This document shows, one piece after another, positions 13,682 through 27,805 of a stretch of 64,000 bases of DNA. This stretch comes from Camelus dromedarius. Its lineage: Eukaryota. Position 1 is the first letter of the stretch; each line of letters starts with the position of its first letter. The stretch covers positions 60,762,001 through 60,826,000 of the forward strand of contig NC_087436.1 in assembly GCF_036321535.1 (NCBI RefSeq). Reading direction: 5' to 3'. The notes beneath the pieces were generated by a model that was not told the DNA's origin, made no database searches, and saw nothing but the letters and a program-made list of their open reading frames with translations. The position numbers were made by a program, and so were the translations under genes.

Positions 13682-13697
13682 CCCCTGACGTCAGGGG
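13682..13697. promoter_or_regulatory. Full CRE (TGACGTCA) within a perfect 16-bp palindrome
   Basis: CCCCTGACGTCAGGGG is its own reverse complement. Function is inferred only. Confidence 0.4.
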
Positions 13698-14053
13698 ACT
13701 GGGCCAGGCCCTTTGTAACGCAGATTTAGGAACTAAAGTTGCCAAATGTGCCTCAGTACAAGTGAGTAATTTATACACAGAGAAAGGAAGGAATCTCATT
13801 TCTGGACAAAAGTAAAAATTCTATAATGAAACAACTGTCTGTAACGGAAGGAATTAATTTGATATTTTAACCCTTTTGTATGTACCATGCGATCAAAATA
13901 TGCAAAGCAACTCCCTGGATAGATATGCACATACCAACAATGTAACCGGGATCATCTCATGTAGCTATACATTTTTTTCTCTAAGTCTCCATTTCTGTAT
14001 ATACCAAAATACGCAATTCTTTTACAACAGAGCAGTAAGTTGAATTAATATTA

Positions 14054-14563
14054 GTGACAGCTAGACTCCAGGGTGGACCCCAGTGACCCCTGCCTCCTGG
14101 TGCTGACATCCTTGGGGAGTTGCCTTCCATGCTGTGCCAGAGTTGGCTTGTGTGACCAACGGGGGAATGGTGATTAAAGGTGATAATAGACTACAGCTTC
14201 TGCCTTGGGTTCTGTCTCTAAGGGAGAGCTCACTTGCTCTGAGGAAAACCATCATCATGTCATAAAGACTCAGGCAACCTACAAAGTGACCCACTTGGCA
14301 GGGAACGGAGGCCTCCAGCGAACAGCCGAGGAGGAACGAAAGTGGCAACCGCTTGGCAGTGGGTCCTGCAGCCGCAGGAGGGGCCTGGAAATGACCCAGC
14401 TCCTGCCAGAAGTTCTCTGCAGCCTCACCAGAGTCTCAGCCAGAACCAGCCAGATTCCTCACCCTCTCAGATTCTTGAGCCTCAAAAACTGGGTGATAAT
14501 AAATCTTTGTTATTTTATACTGTTACATTTTAGGATAATGTATTCCTCAGCAAGAGTTAACTA
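14054..14563 (+). mobile_element. MaLR solo LTR (MLT1F/G/H-like)
   Basis: Begins gtggaccccagtgacccctgcctcctggt, contains gcttgtgtgaccaa, and ends ataataaatctttgttatttta...cagcaagagttaacta. Confidence 0.85.
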
Positions 14564-17500
14564 TTTTTTCCTATAATATTGAAGATAAAGACAAATAACC
14601 AGATGGAGAAAGTATCTTTTTTTCCTTTCAGGTGGCTTGCACACTTGTCCCTGGAGGGGACAGGGGTGAGCATTATTCACCTTTATTCATGAGTCTCCAA
14701 GTCTGGAACAATTCTTCCAAAGTCAAAGATCTAATTGATAAGAGGACTCCCGAAATTTCTTCATTTATGTTCCTATCTGTGAAGAAGGAATCTTTTCCAT
14801 CACAGATTATATCTAGACTAATAGAAAAACTTGAGGTGAAGTGAATCTCAGTGTGGGGAAGAACCCTTAAAGTTAAAGTAATTTTGTACCCACTTAGGAA
14901 TTTTATAAAAATAGCCTATGGCTATAGTTTTATTGAAAACTAGAGCAAAGGAGCAAATCCAAATTGAAAGTATTGAGCTATTAGTTTCCTGCCCTGATAG
15001 CAAGAGGAAACCATTCTGCATCTGGACAGGCCCTCGGGCCCTCCCTGACTAAATAGTACATATGAGGAGGCTGACTGAGCATGGTGTTTTATACAATATT
15101 GAAGCTTTACTGAAACCTGTCTAGAAGATGAAGCTAATTTTTTAATGCCAGTTATTTCCTTGGAGAAATAATAGAAATAATCTTCCAATTCTTTTCATCT
15201 ATACCCTTGATACCTTTCCAGATGGGCTCCAGTTGCCTTTTAAAGAAGACAAAAGATGAGATGACTTGGCTTTTCAATTTTTGCTACTTGTTTGTTCATT
15301 TTTAGCTCCTTATCTCTTGAGAAATAAAAAAAGAAAACACCCACAGCAATTTGGGATGACCAAATCTCTTCATTTCACATTATTGAACATATACAGATGT
15401 AGGCAGAATGCCTGGAAGCAATCCACGTCAGACGGTTGGACACACACATGGCCACCCTCAGTCACTACATCAGCAGAGTCAGATCCACCACAGGTGCCGT
15501 GTCATAATTTGACCTGTCAGGGCCTACAGCCAGGCCATCACTTTCTGCCATCTTTCCCTGAATTCTTAATATGACCATTTTGCTCTCTTTTTTTCCCTCA
15601 ATTGCTTTGTCAAGACGTTTCTTACATCACTCCTTTATTCTGCCTTTTATTGTTGTTATCTATTTGTCTTTATTACAAAGATGGATTGCCCATGATTGTC
15701 CTAGACGCTGGGATTATAATGATAAGGAATGCATGGTTCCTTAGCAGGAGCTGTAAGAATCCAACGGAGATCCACACAGTCCTGCAAGAACAGCCCCTCT
15801 GCTTCCCTGCCCCATTTCAAAACGTTGCCTGTCTCACCCTCTAACAGCCAGAGAGACCAGCAGCTAGAAGGAGACTGCAGTTACTCTTTATTCACTATTG
15901 TTCTTCCTTGTAAGAAATCATACAGACTAGCCTCTTTGCATTTACAATCTTCTTCCTTCGACACAAGAGCTCCTAGTCTTCCATACTCTTATCTCCCTCT
16001 GTATAAACCCCATAGCCTCCTCAACCTCCCACCCCAGCTGCCTTTCCACTCACTGTGCCCTCCAGGATGGCATCTGCAAACAAGCTTGTATCCTTAAGTC
16101 CTCTGAACATTCCTGTAACTTTCTCTTCTGTTGAGCCTGGCTACTTGCTGAGGACACTACCTTCCCCACAGGCCTCGAAAGTAAAGAATGCTCTCCTCTT
16201 CCCACGTAACACGATGGGCAGGAGGGGCTGGCAGCCTCCTTGCTCCCCATCATGGCTTCCGGATCAGTGCTCCACCCCTTGCCATTAAAAGAAATAAGCA
16301 AAGAATCCAACCTACTTGAAGCAGATGTCATCCTTACACTATCTTTCATTTTCGTGGGCATCTGCCATTTACCTGGTTACTCCCTATACTCATTGAAGGT
16401 TTTAGCCCTTGGCTTCATGTGTTTACTCCTACAGAATTCCTGTCACTGTTCATGGTGCGTTTGGAATTGCTGATTGTGCTGTCATTCTCCCTCTATTACC
16501 CAGCCATCGCAGGAGCAGCAGTGGGGTCTTGATAAATATGCATCTAAGACCCCCAGTGGTTAACCAGCCCCCACTTCACTCCAGAAGAGTATCTGTGAAA
16601 AGAGTCATCCTTGCCACTCTAGTCAAGTACCCATGAAGGATTATTCAGAGTTCTCACATATTAATGAATTACTCATCACCATGTTTGTCTTGCTTTTTCT
16701 TTCAATCTGATTACATCATTGGTATACACTGAACTTATTTTTTATAGCTCTAAAGACTTTCTGGTTCCAGTTTGCCTACAGATATGTTTTCCCATATTTT
16801 TCCTGTGCGTGTTTCCTCCAAAACTCATATTTTTAAGATAGCATCATTAGGTTTATTTCCAAGTAGATAGTGACCAAAATAATGATTAAAATGTACATCT
16901 GTTAATTTCCAGGATATTGGGAAAGGATATGAAAAGTGAGAGGAGGATGCCTATTTAAATTGTGAAGGGAGCAGGATTATAGAAATTGTGACACATTTGA
17001 ATTTGCACGATGAATTATTTCAGTGTTATTATTGTAGCTTAATATGTACTTATATACATTAATTTGTAAGTAATGGCAAAAGTCTAAATTTGAATCCTGC
17101 ACTAAATGCACTTCCTGACCCTTTATAGGAAAACTGGCTGCATGGTTTTTGGAAGACATCTAACATTTCTGCACTTTAGTTTTCTCATATGTGCAGTGAG
17201 AGCTTTTGCTTAGCTATTCCTAAGGGCTCTTCCTACACTAAAATTCTATTAGTCTGAGATCTACTCCCATTCTTCCTCTCATATTCCACTGAGGTAAAAG
17301 TCCCTTTAATCTCATAGCCATCTTCATCTCTTATTGAACAAGGATGGCTCTGTGTCCTCAAGTCTGTTCTAAATGACTCTTAAAGAGAAATCAAATTTTT
17401 TTAGACAATTGAGTCCTGATTGACTGAGATCTTTACATCCTAACGATAGCTATTTGATACAGTCATGGGATAAAGCAGTCTCTTCTGTTGATATGTCTAA

Positions 17501-20500
17501 GTGTCTGTGAGTTCAGCCAACCAAAAAATCCATTCAGCTGAGCAGTCTTAGTGCTGGAAGAGGTCTTATCTCAAGGGGATACACCCTATTGTAAGATAAG
17601 AGAAAATGTTGGGTAATCTTTGGTCAGAATCTTTGTGAATCCAAATGCCTCCACTGATAACTTGGCGGGGTGCAGGGGGGGAGTGTGGCTTAGGAAGATT
17701 TATATGTTTAAAAAGTGAATTCTATAGTGTCAAACAAAACAGCAGTCATTGATGGAATAAAGTATATATCAATACTGTAGTAAAAGCTATAGAGGTTAGT
17801 TCTGTATTTCACAAAAATCCATATGGTGAGAGAAACAGAAATATACATTTTAAGTGAACTTACACATAATGAGGCAGTATTTTTATATCTAAATAGCTAT
17901 GGAAGCAAAAGATAAAATCAAGACATTATTATGAACTATTAGTCAAATGACTTAGTGGAAGTAAGCTATTTTATGATAAAGGGAGTCTTACGTTTCAAGC
18001 AGAAACACTCCTAGTTGGAGATGTATAAAGGCCAAAGAAAATCCCAAACAGAATTTTTAAATATCTATGTGATAAGAAGTTTAATTTATGAGGCTGCCAA
18101 CATTCTCAAAGCACCTGAATATCACTTTTAATGGTTAATTGATATTGTTGGCATCTAGCCCCATGTCTTTTCCTAAAAGTTCAAAAGATATATTGCTAAA
18201 ACCATGAAATCTTAAGCTGCCCTTAACAAGCTGTGTAAGATGACTTTCTTCCACCTTTTTGTCAAACTGACTCTTATTTATTCTTAAACGTTTTTTCTCT
18301 GAAGTCTTTCCTAATCCTATTTCCCCTGGTAGATTAATCGCTAGCACTGTTTTTTCTTTAAACAGAAAGCTTGGATGCACTTTTAACATGCATGCTTTAA
18401 TTGTCTGCATATCTGTCTCCCTCACGATGGTGTCTTACTCATTTCTGTTTCCTTAATACCAGGCACGAAGCCTGGCATACGGAATGGGCTTAATAAATAC
18501 ATATTTTTGAACTGCTGAGAAATACAAGACCCAGAAAGAAGCTATTTTGACAGATCACATAGCTCATTAGTAACAGTACTTGGGTTAGAATTCAAATATG
18601 CTTCTCTTGATGTGATGATTTTCACATAATTCATAAATATTTACAGAATTAATGAATCAATAGGTTGATAAATTAATGATTTCTACAAACTTTCCATTGT
18701 TCTATTCTGATCAATAATAAATATACCATCTCTCTTTTTAACCAGTCTTCTGGCTACTTGGCTTCAATGAGACAAGTGATCAGGCAATGAGATTAATATA
18801 CACAACAAAGGGACCAGATATTTCACATACATTTGATTGTTTTGGTTTCATGAAGACGTAGTCAATATCAATCATACAAGCTAACATTTATCTGGTAACA
18901 AAAATCTACTAGTGATATCTAATGATCTAAGCCAGTCATCTGAGAGACAACTTTCTTACCAGTTGAAAATCTATCCTGTGAATATAACTACTGAAGAGTT
19001 TTTGTTTCAAAATGAATCTTCTTGGACATGAGCCAGTCCACGTATCACAGGTGATTAAGGGAAGGTTAAATAGCTTCCCTGTTGCTCTGAAAGCAGAGAG
19101 GTAAACTTTTTATTGACCTGGACACTAAGGAATTACCAACTTGACCTCAAGAATCATAATATGCTTTGGATATATTTCTTAGAAACAAAAGAAGAACACT
19201 CTCCCCTTGGATGTCCACAAGGCTTACTCTCTCATGTCAACCAGATACCTGTGCACACATCACCTAACCAGAGAGGTCTTTTCAAATCAACCTTTTCTAA
19301 GATAGGACTGCATTCTGGTTTTCTCCCTTCGTCCCCTTACCCTGCTTTTCCTGTACCTATTATCACCTGATATACTATATGCCATTTTTATGTCTTGTTA
19401 TTACATATGTATATATAACATATATGTTCTATCCACATTTTACACATTTAATATTTTTGAGTAATGAGTGTGCAATATCATAGATACATCAGAGAGCCTA
19501 CTTTGCATAAAATTCAGCGTAAAGATTTAAAATTTGGTAAGGACACTGTAGTTAGTCATATGATACAAACCATTAATTTTATAAGTATGAAATGAAATAA
19601 TAAAACAGATAATTGCACACTTCAAGAGCAAAACACTGAATAAAGTGCTTTACATGCATAAACCCATATGATACTTATGGCAGTTCTAAAAGGTAGATCT
19701 TATTACTATATGTCATTGATTTAAAGATATGCATTTTTCTATTTCTCATTTAATATCTTTATCAATATTGAAATCAGAATAATTATCACCTCAGGATAAT
19801 TATCATAGAAGTTATGTGAGTTTGAAAAATATAAAAAGGAAAGGAATTAAAGATAATTGTATTTGTTCTTTAAAAAAAATAAACTTAATTACTGTGTTTA
19901 CCAATGTATAACTTTGTACAAAAATCTCTGAGATGTAAAAATCAATTTGGCAATAACATAGTTTCTAGCTTTTTCCTGATTTTTTCAGGAAAGAAGTGTT
20001 CATGAGCCTCCAAAAAGAACCACTACCCCATAACCTGTATCATGTATAATATGTGAGACATCATTTGCCCAGTGCTGGCATGAGACTCAGTTATCCATGT
20101 GGAAGAGTGGCTCAAATGGCCAAGGTTGTGGATCCTGAGCCTGTTTTTCAGGGTGATAAGGTCAAAGCCAAGGATCTTTTTTCTGTAGGAGCCCAAAGTT
20201 AAATTTCAGAAGTTCAAAGTGGGTAAGGATAAAGGACAGGGAGTTGCTGTCCAAACCTACACAAGGCAGAAAATATGGTTAGAGTCAAAGACTGCAGTCA
20301 GTGTTAAGAGAACCAAACTGGGGAGGGGACAGAGCAGAATATGACCATGACACTCCAGCCTGCATTCAGGGTTTAATCAGACCGAAAAAACAGGAGAAAT
20401 GAGTTCAAATGAGAGGTGAATTTAAACTTGGGGACTGAAAACAAGCAATTATTCCCCCTAAAGAACCAAGCATGAGTGATTTTTAATTGTAGGACACAGC

Positions 20501-22729
20501 TGTGTGCCCCACAGCCCCTGGTTTGGGGAACAGATAAGCTTCCAAGATATAGTCTGCCCCACAGGGAGGAGACACCAGTGACCACACTTGGGTGGGTCCT
20601 CCTGCAGCCCTAGTAATTTTAACAGCCAATATCTGGTTAATGAAATAGATGAAATTCAAGATCCACCAAGAGACCCTTCTGGATGTCAAGCATAACCTTT
20701 GGTGAATATCTCTTCACATAAACATAATGCACAACAGCCTTCTCCTTGGCTCTCCAGAGGACTCGAATGACAGATTGCCATGTGCACAGTAATCCAAGTC
20801 GATGACATTCTGTCAAGGCCTTCCTCATTACAGTACTGCATTTCTGACACAGCAATAAAAGAAGGCCATTTTTAACTATATCCCCTGTTGTTCTGTTGTC
20901 TAGTCATTTAATTTCCAAAGAGAACTGTCTCAAAAAAAAAAAAAAGCCAGTTTGTCTAATTGAAATGATCAGGTTAAAATAGTAGCATGTGCATGTATTT
21001 ATCAATTTATGAATATAAAGGCTTTCTTCTAACACAGAAAAATCTTAATGGACACAATCTACACTGGGAAATCCTTACTAGTCACTTTTATTGAGTATTA
21101 ATACCTGTTTAGGAAGAACTACACTTAGTTTTTATCAGTTTCATTTGTTTAAAAAATCTTAGGAATTAATTGCTGCATCTATGCAGCAATGATGACTGAT
21201 GTGGAGAATTCAACCTCCAAGAATATGTTAGCCTAATGTATGTCTTTATTCACTAGATAAATGCTGGCTTCTCCACACCACTTTAACAGGGCAGCACTGA
21301 GTCAGGGTGAAGATTGTTACTTCAGCATTTGAAATGTTGACTACAGTTTTAAGCTGCTGTTTGGGGATATTTTTGGCTACTGGTTGCAGCTAACCTTTAC
21401 TGAATGCTTACTATTTGCCAGTAATTTTTTTAAAGACATTTGATATATTTTAAATGAGACTTTAATTTATACATCAGCCTTCAGAGTGGTATTACTTTTT
21501 TTCATTTCACAGATAAGAAAATACAGGATTTTGGAAGTTAAGTAACTTATCCATGGTCACACAATTACATGCAAACAACAGAAAAGTGCCTCTCCCCGGA
21601 GAAGGAGTATGGAGGTAGAGAAAAGGTGTCTGGGGAGTAGAATTAGGGGAAATGGAAAAATTTGCTCTGTCTGGATTAAACTAGGAAAATCTATACGCAA
21701 TATCTGTTTATGCCTTTTATAGAATTAAACCCCAAATTGATAATACATATTTTCTTTCTTTTTAATGTGTGACTGAAGAATTTGTAAACATCAAAATCTT
21801 GGTTACCAGGCAGTTATCTTCAGAAAAGGTATAATTGGCATAAGATTGAAATTTTGCAATGAGAAAATTCTCCACGTGCATGTACTGTGTTGTGAGTCAC
21901 TGCTAAAAGGAGGAACTGCCACCCCAAAGGACCAAAGAAAAAACTCAAACTGCGAGAAACAGGCTACGCCCATCTGGAATTTTCTACTCCTGGAGGCAGT
22001 GATGGTCTTGCCAGAGAGATGGAACGTTAGGTTACTTTGACGGCATGCCATGTGACAGGAAAATTGTGAAATTGCCCTTGTTTTGAACCATGCTCACCAG
22101 AAAGGCTTCTCACTGTACTATTGCTTCCTGAGTATCACATTTGATAGGAAGGATTCTACTAATATAAGCATTCCAGTTTGCTTATCATTGCATTTCTTAC
22201 TATAAATGAATAAATCAGAATTATGGAAGTGTACCAGTTTCTATGAGCTTGAAGAACAGGAGCCTGCTCCTGAAAGACAGATCAGCTCTTTCTCTGATAA
22301 AACAGCAGGAATGAAAGGGAACCAAACTCTAAATATGATTAATTCACCAAATCAATATACTTTATATATCGAAATATGTAACAGGCCTCTTCAACCCAGG
22401 AAGCTCTGCACAACTTAACAGCCAGAAAGCAGTTCTACTGGAGAAAACTAACCCAGGGATAAGTTCATTTTCAAAATGAGGTGTTTCCTGCTGCCAAACC
22501 TACGCCCACCATAATCCACAATCCCATACGCCTTATAAGAATTCAGAAGGAAATAAAACAGTAAACCAAACTAAAGAAAATAATGTAAGACAGAAAACCC
22601 AAATAAATATATCTAATACATAAAACAAAACTCTTCCCTTAGGTAAATACCAGGCATAAACGAATACAGTGGTATATTAGTAGCTACTGGAACTTCAATA
22701 GTTGTGCTTTTTAAAAAAAAAAAAAAAAA

Positions 22730-23778
22730 AAAGCTATTACCGGATGCCTAGATCTTGGGTTCTGATACCATTCTCCAGTTAAAAAAAGAAAAAAAGAAAA
22801 AGAAAAAAAATCAGGAGTATTTGGAGAACTGTCTGGCTCTAGACTGAGGCAGGGAATAGACAAATCAGGAGCAAGTTCTGGGCACCAGAAAGTAAGGAAG
22901 TACTCGGAGAACGAAAGGATGGGGCCTGTCAAAGGGAGTCAAAGTGAAAGAGCTCCAAATGGCCAGAACTGGAATAATTTGAGCAACAGAATAAATAGCA
23001 GAGCTGGAAGATAACCCAAAGCATAGAATAAATATTTCAGGTCCATACCGATACAAATAAATGATACAATAAACAAATGAGGGAGAAGAGACAACTCTTT
23101 CTTAGAAAGAATTTCAAATAATTTATTTGGATGCTCCCTTTTCCAGGAAGTGGGGCTTAAATCACCCCCTACTTTTAAGTGTGGGCTACACCGAGTGACT
23201 TGATTCCTTAGAGCAAGGAAAATAGGCAGAGGAAGTAAGCTCACAGTGGAGACACCTGGCAAGCACTATCTTGGCCAGATGATGAACATCATTACTGCTA
23301 AATCACGGACACAGCATGTAGCCTGATGTGATGTGATGTGGTGAGAATTCACCTCTCTAGTCTTCCTCCCTAAAGCCCCTTACCCTAATCTACAAATGAG
23401 AAAAACATTAGACAGACCCACATTGGGAGACACTCGACAAAATATTCCTCAATACTGACAAGGACATAAAAACCAAGGAAAGCTGGAGAAACTGCCACAC
23501 TGGAGGAGACTGGGGAGATGTGATGACTAGACGCAATGTGCTATCCTGGAGGGGATCCTGGCACAGAAAATGGACCTGAGGGAAAAACTAGTGAAATCGA
23601 AACAAAGTCTGCAGTTCAGTTAACAGTAACAAACCAAGCTTGTTTTCTTAATGTAACAAAGGTACCATAGTATCTTAAGATGTTAATCTTAGGGGAACTA
23701 GAACTCTCTGTACTATCTTTGCAATTTTTCTGTTAAGTTTACAAGTATTTTTAAATTAAAAGTTTATTTTTTAAAAAA
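22730..23778 (+). mobile_element. Old LINE-1 3'UTR (L1MC/L1MD-type)
   Basis: cctagatcttgggttctgataccattctcc...aagtgtgggctacaccgagtgacttg...gaactctctgtactatctttgcaattt...ttaaaagttta, with an A-rich end. Confidence 0.85.
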
Positions 23779-24874
23779 GAGAACTATTGCTTTCTTCACG
23801 TTGTGGCTCTATGGATTTCTTAAAAGCTATGCAATGAAAAATTCTACATCAGATGGATGTTGACATTTCTAATTGTTCTGGTGTAGAAAAGTCACCTTGA
23901 AAAGACTGCATTCAGATTGAGAAACATAGCAATTCAATTATATGCCACATCCAACCATCTCTATTCAGACTTTGCAAGACACAAGATTTCTGACCTCAAT
24001 TATAATAGTGGGATCCTCTTTTAATCTGGCTCCTTAGTTCCTAGTAAGGGCTAAACCTGGTAATAAAATAAATAGATGGTAAATGAAGAAAAACAAGATC
24101 AATAAAACCACCTTGTCAGTAAAGATACTCGACTTAGTCTGGAAGAAAATGAGCAAGATACATTTTGAAAGGTGGTCCCAGGAGAAGCAGAGTTGTGATG
24201 AAAAGTTATTTATTCCTTCAATCATCTGTTCAGTACAGATGTACTGCTTGCCCATAGTGAGTTTGATATTCCAGAAACAGACAGAAAGGATAAAGCCCTT
24301 GTTATCATCCTCCTGGAAGTCACAATCTGGGGGAAAAGACAGTCAGGAAAGGGAGGACTTAAATATACTGATAAATGCTAGAGCTGCCTTTTTCCTCCAG
24401 TGTCTGTGCTTTGTAAAATATGCCGGCTGCTGCCTCAGCACATCATCTCACCCTGCACCGTCAGTGGTTACGAATTCAGGAACCATTCTGGATTTATGGA
24501 GGGAAATAATTTTCAAAAAGCTACCTCCAAAACCCTTATCCCTTTTTTATAAAGCCATGACCGAATGGTAATTTCTCTGTCTTATTTGAATATTGCCCCT
24601 GCTACAGCCATCTGGGCTTTTATTATTTAACCATTTTACGCTGACTTATGAGCAAGTAACCAAGGTGACCTAATGGTATAGCTTTATCCTTAAAAGGAAA
24701 TTTATTATTCCTCAAGATTTATAAAGACAACCCCAAAATAAGTGAAGAATGTGTTTTTGCCCAATGCCATGTACATTCTTTGTGTATCCAGTTGGACTTG
24801 AAGTCTGTAAAAAAAACACGTTTCCTACCCGCAACCCGACCTGACCAGTGAACTATGGCACCATTTGGGATTAT

Positions 24875-25775
24875 TTTTTTCTTTTAAGTCAGTTTTATTT
24901 AGGAATAAAATAGACTCACTCTAAGTATGCATTCAATAAGTTTTGACAAATGAATATACCCATGTAATCACTGTAATGATAAAGCCTAGAACACTTTCCC
25001 ATCACCCCGAAAAGTTCCTTCCTGCCCCTATCCTCTGATCCAGGCATTCATTGGGTTAATTTATATCCTCAAGGAAGTAGATGCCAAGACAGAATCAGCC
25101 ATGAAAGAGATTTAGGGGAAATAATGAGGAGGATAAAGGGAAGAGAACTGAGAAGGCATGGAGAACCTACAGAGCAATGCAGCTCTGACACCTGAGAAAG
25201 AAAGGAGGAAGGTGGGAGGAGGGGTAAAGAGGGATTCTCAGGCTGCAAAGTGCAACCCAAAGAAAGCCTTGGCCAGGCAGAGGGGGCATCCTCCAGGAAG
25301 TCTCCCATCAGAGGAGTCCTATGCCTCTTGGGAGTGGGCGGGAATCAGCACCTCCTCTATCCTCAGCCGTAGGTAGGGGTATCCCACGTGGGATGAACCA
25401 TGATTAGTGTATCCATTCACCGGCTGCTGAACATTTGCATTGTTTCCAGTTTGAAGCTCTTATAAACAAAGCTGCTACGAACATTTATGTACAACTCCTT
25501 GTGTAAACATGCTTTCGTATGTCTTAGGTAAATACATGAGAGTAGGATTGCTGGGTCTCATAAGGGTGGTTTAACTTTGAAAAAAAAAAAATCTGCCCAA
25601 ACTTTTTTTCCCAAGAGTCATTGTGTATTTTACAGGATGCCCAGTTGCCCACATCCTCTCCAATACATGGTACTATCAGTCTTTTTGATTTTAGCCCTTC
25701 TAATGAATATGTAATGATATCTCATTGTGGTTTTAATTTGCTTTTCCCAGTGATGAGAAGCATCTTCTTATATAC
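24875..25775 (-). mobile_element. Old LINE-1 (L1MB/L1ME-type) 3' region, interrupted by an MLT1 LTR
   Basis: Antisense L1 motifs cccatcaccccgaaaagttcc, ttgtttccagtttg, ggattgctgggtc and tatctcattgtggttttaatttgc. Confidence 0.8.
25060..25395 (-). mobile_element. MaLR LTR fragment (MLT1I-L-like) nested in L1
   Basis: ctcaaggaagtagatgccaagacagaa...gatttaggggaaataatg...aatgcagctctgacacctgagaaagaaagg...ccatcagaggagtcc. Confidence 0.6.
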
Positions 25776-26019
25776 TTAACCACTGCCTTCCTAAGGTTCC
25801 CAAGAGTTTCATCCCATTAGAGCAACAGCTCAAAATCATTTAAATCAGGCCCAGGTGTTAAGGAGGTTACCAGGTGTAACCTGTTAAGCACAAATCCTGA
25901 TTGATCAGTGTTCCCTACTGAGGAAAGAATAAAATAATCTAAAGAAAATAACCTCAAGGTTGTAGGCCATTGCTTTGAATATATACGTATTTTTTAAATC
26001 TTCCATCACCTAGCTGTTA

Positions 26020-26535
26020 TATGTTATCAGTTTATAACAGCAACTACATTCAGCTGCTAAAAACAGAGTTCCAACAACAGAGACTTAAAATTCACATTTT
26101 TCTCACATAACAGAAGTAAACAGTTGATGACATTGATTCAGAAGTTCAGGAATATTAGTACTGAAGTACCTGTGATGCTCTTGATATTTTTTTCAAGGTC
26201 CCACGGTGGTTGCTCTGACTTCGGCCGTCTCAGCCCATGTCAGGAAGGTAGAAAAACAAGGCTTCCGCCTGAGGCAGCCCTTTTAAGAGCTGCCCTGGAA
26301 GCCTCAGCCAATGGCCCAGAGCTGCCCTGGAAGCCCCAGCCAATGGCCCAGAGCTGCCCTGGAAGCCCCACCCAGTGTCTCGTGATTATGTCTCACTAGC
26401 TACCTAATTGTAGTGGGGTCGTGGAGATGTGATTTTTAAACTGGGCATATTACCGTGACCAATAATATAAGAGCGCTGTTACTCAGTTAGAAGAACAGAG
26501 TTGATATTAAGTAGGCAACTAGGAGTCTTTGTAGT
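26020..26535 (-). mobile_element. MaLR LTR remnant (MLT1J/K-like)
   Basis: attcagctgctaaaaacagag...ttttctcacataacagaagt...gagatgtgatttttaaactgggca...gtaggcaactagg. Confidence 0.55.
26286..26370. repeat. 32-bp minisatellite, ~2.7 copies
   Basis: The unit agagctgccctggaagcc(t/c)cagccaatggccc starts at 26286, 26318 and 26350. Confidence 0.95.
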
Positions 26536-27805
26536 TTCCTTCCCCTTACACTTGAGGGTCTGAAAAGAACAATCTCAAATTACCATTATTTGATCACTTT
26601 CAATTCACTGCTTAATACATGTAGCTTCTGGCATCTAACTTCTCTGTAATTGTCTGTATTTAATCCTTTTAACAATTATACCCCTCTACCTGGAGTGTTT
26701 ATAATTAAACCCCTTCTTTTAAAAATTACTTCTGTGCTTTATAGCATAGTATTCAATGCTGATTAACCACTGTCAGGTGACTCCTCAGTTTCCTGTTTTG
26801 GTTCTTTGCTCCTCTTCCCTTCTTATTTCTATACGTTCTTTCTAGCAATACCGTTCACACTTACGACATCAATTTTTAAATTACCTACGTACCTTCTAAA
26901 TCTCAGACTTAAATTGCTAATCGCCTATGAGTTACTGCCTTGATTTGCCAAATACCTACTAGGTACCGCCACCTGGGTAGCTTAACAAGAAAACAAGATT
27001 CAAGATTTTCAAACTGAAATTCTCTACCTCCCCTCCTTTCACCCCCAAATCTCCCATATTTCCTGTCCCAGCTGATGTAACAGAATTAGTAAGAATAAAA
27101 GGGGAAAAAAGACATGACCAAAAATTATAAATCCCCTATATGGGTCAGAATCAATGTTAAAATGTTTTTATGCCCTATATAATTTCCTTGTCACAATAAC
27201 TTTATAAGATGGCACATCTCAGGAATGGCTTGATTTGGTGGCTAAAAGACTTCATTAAGAATCTGTCAGCTTTGTCCTAAGACTGGCCCCAAGCTGATTA
27301 CCAGCTGCAACTGAAAACATGTATGCTTTTCCCTTTAGTACAAAGGGAAAGTGTTTGCCATCCCAGTTATTGACTAAAAGTTCTGGGCTTTCCTCTGAGT
27401 GTATCAACTTCTGTCAAGTTCCCCGAACCAATCACAGCCAGAAAGAGTTTATGTTTTCACTGTCTGGCTTCTGCCTACCCAGAACCCTATAGCTCTGAGG
27501 GAGGCAGGGAACTCAGGAACTGAAATGTGGACTCATTAACTAGAAACTTCTTTAAAAGCTTAAAATTAAAGAGCCACCTTAAAGGAATGGAAAGCCCTGA
27601 TGAGATCTACTCTATATGACCACATTGTTTAAGGGTCTCACTTGCTCAATCTAGCTTAACCACATAGTTTGAGGGTCCCTAGTTACCTAATTTTATTTCT
27701 GCAGAGTGTTTGTCCACAGAGCAGAACAAACTGGAAAGCAAGCAGGAAAAGGACAGCCAATGGAAAGAGGACAAGAAGCACCAAAGAAGATGGATAAAAG
27801 AACCC

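Noticed and set aside
24083..24571. Longest ATG-initiated ORF (162 aa)
   Set aside because: No recognisable domain or homology. It overlaps L2-like decayed sequence, has no supporting splice structure, and its length is plausible by chance in 64 kb across six frames.
26286..26370. CRISPR-like 32-bp direct repeats
   Set aside because: The units are head-to-tail with no spacers, in mammalian DNA. This is a minisatellite.
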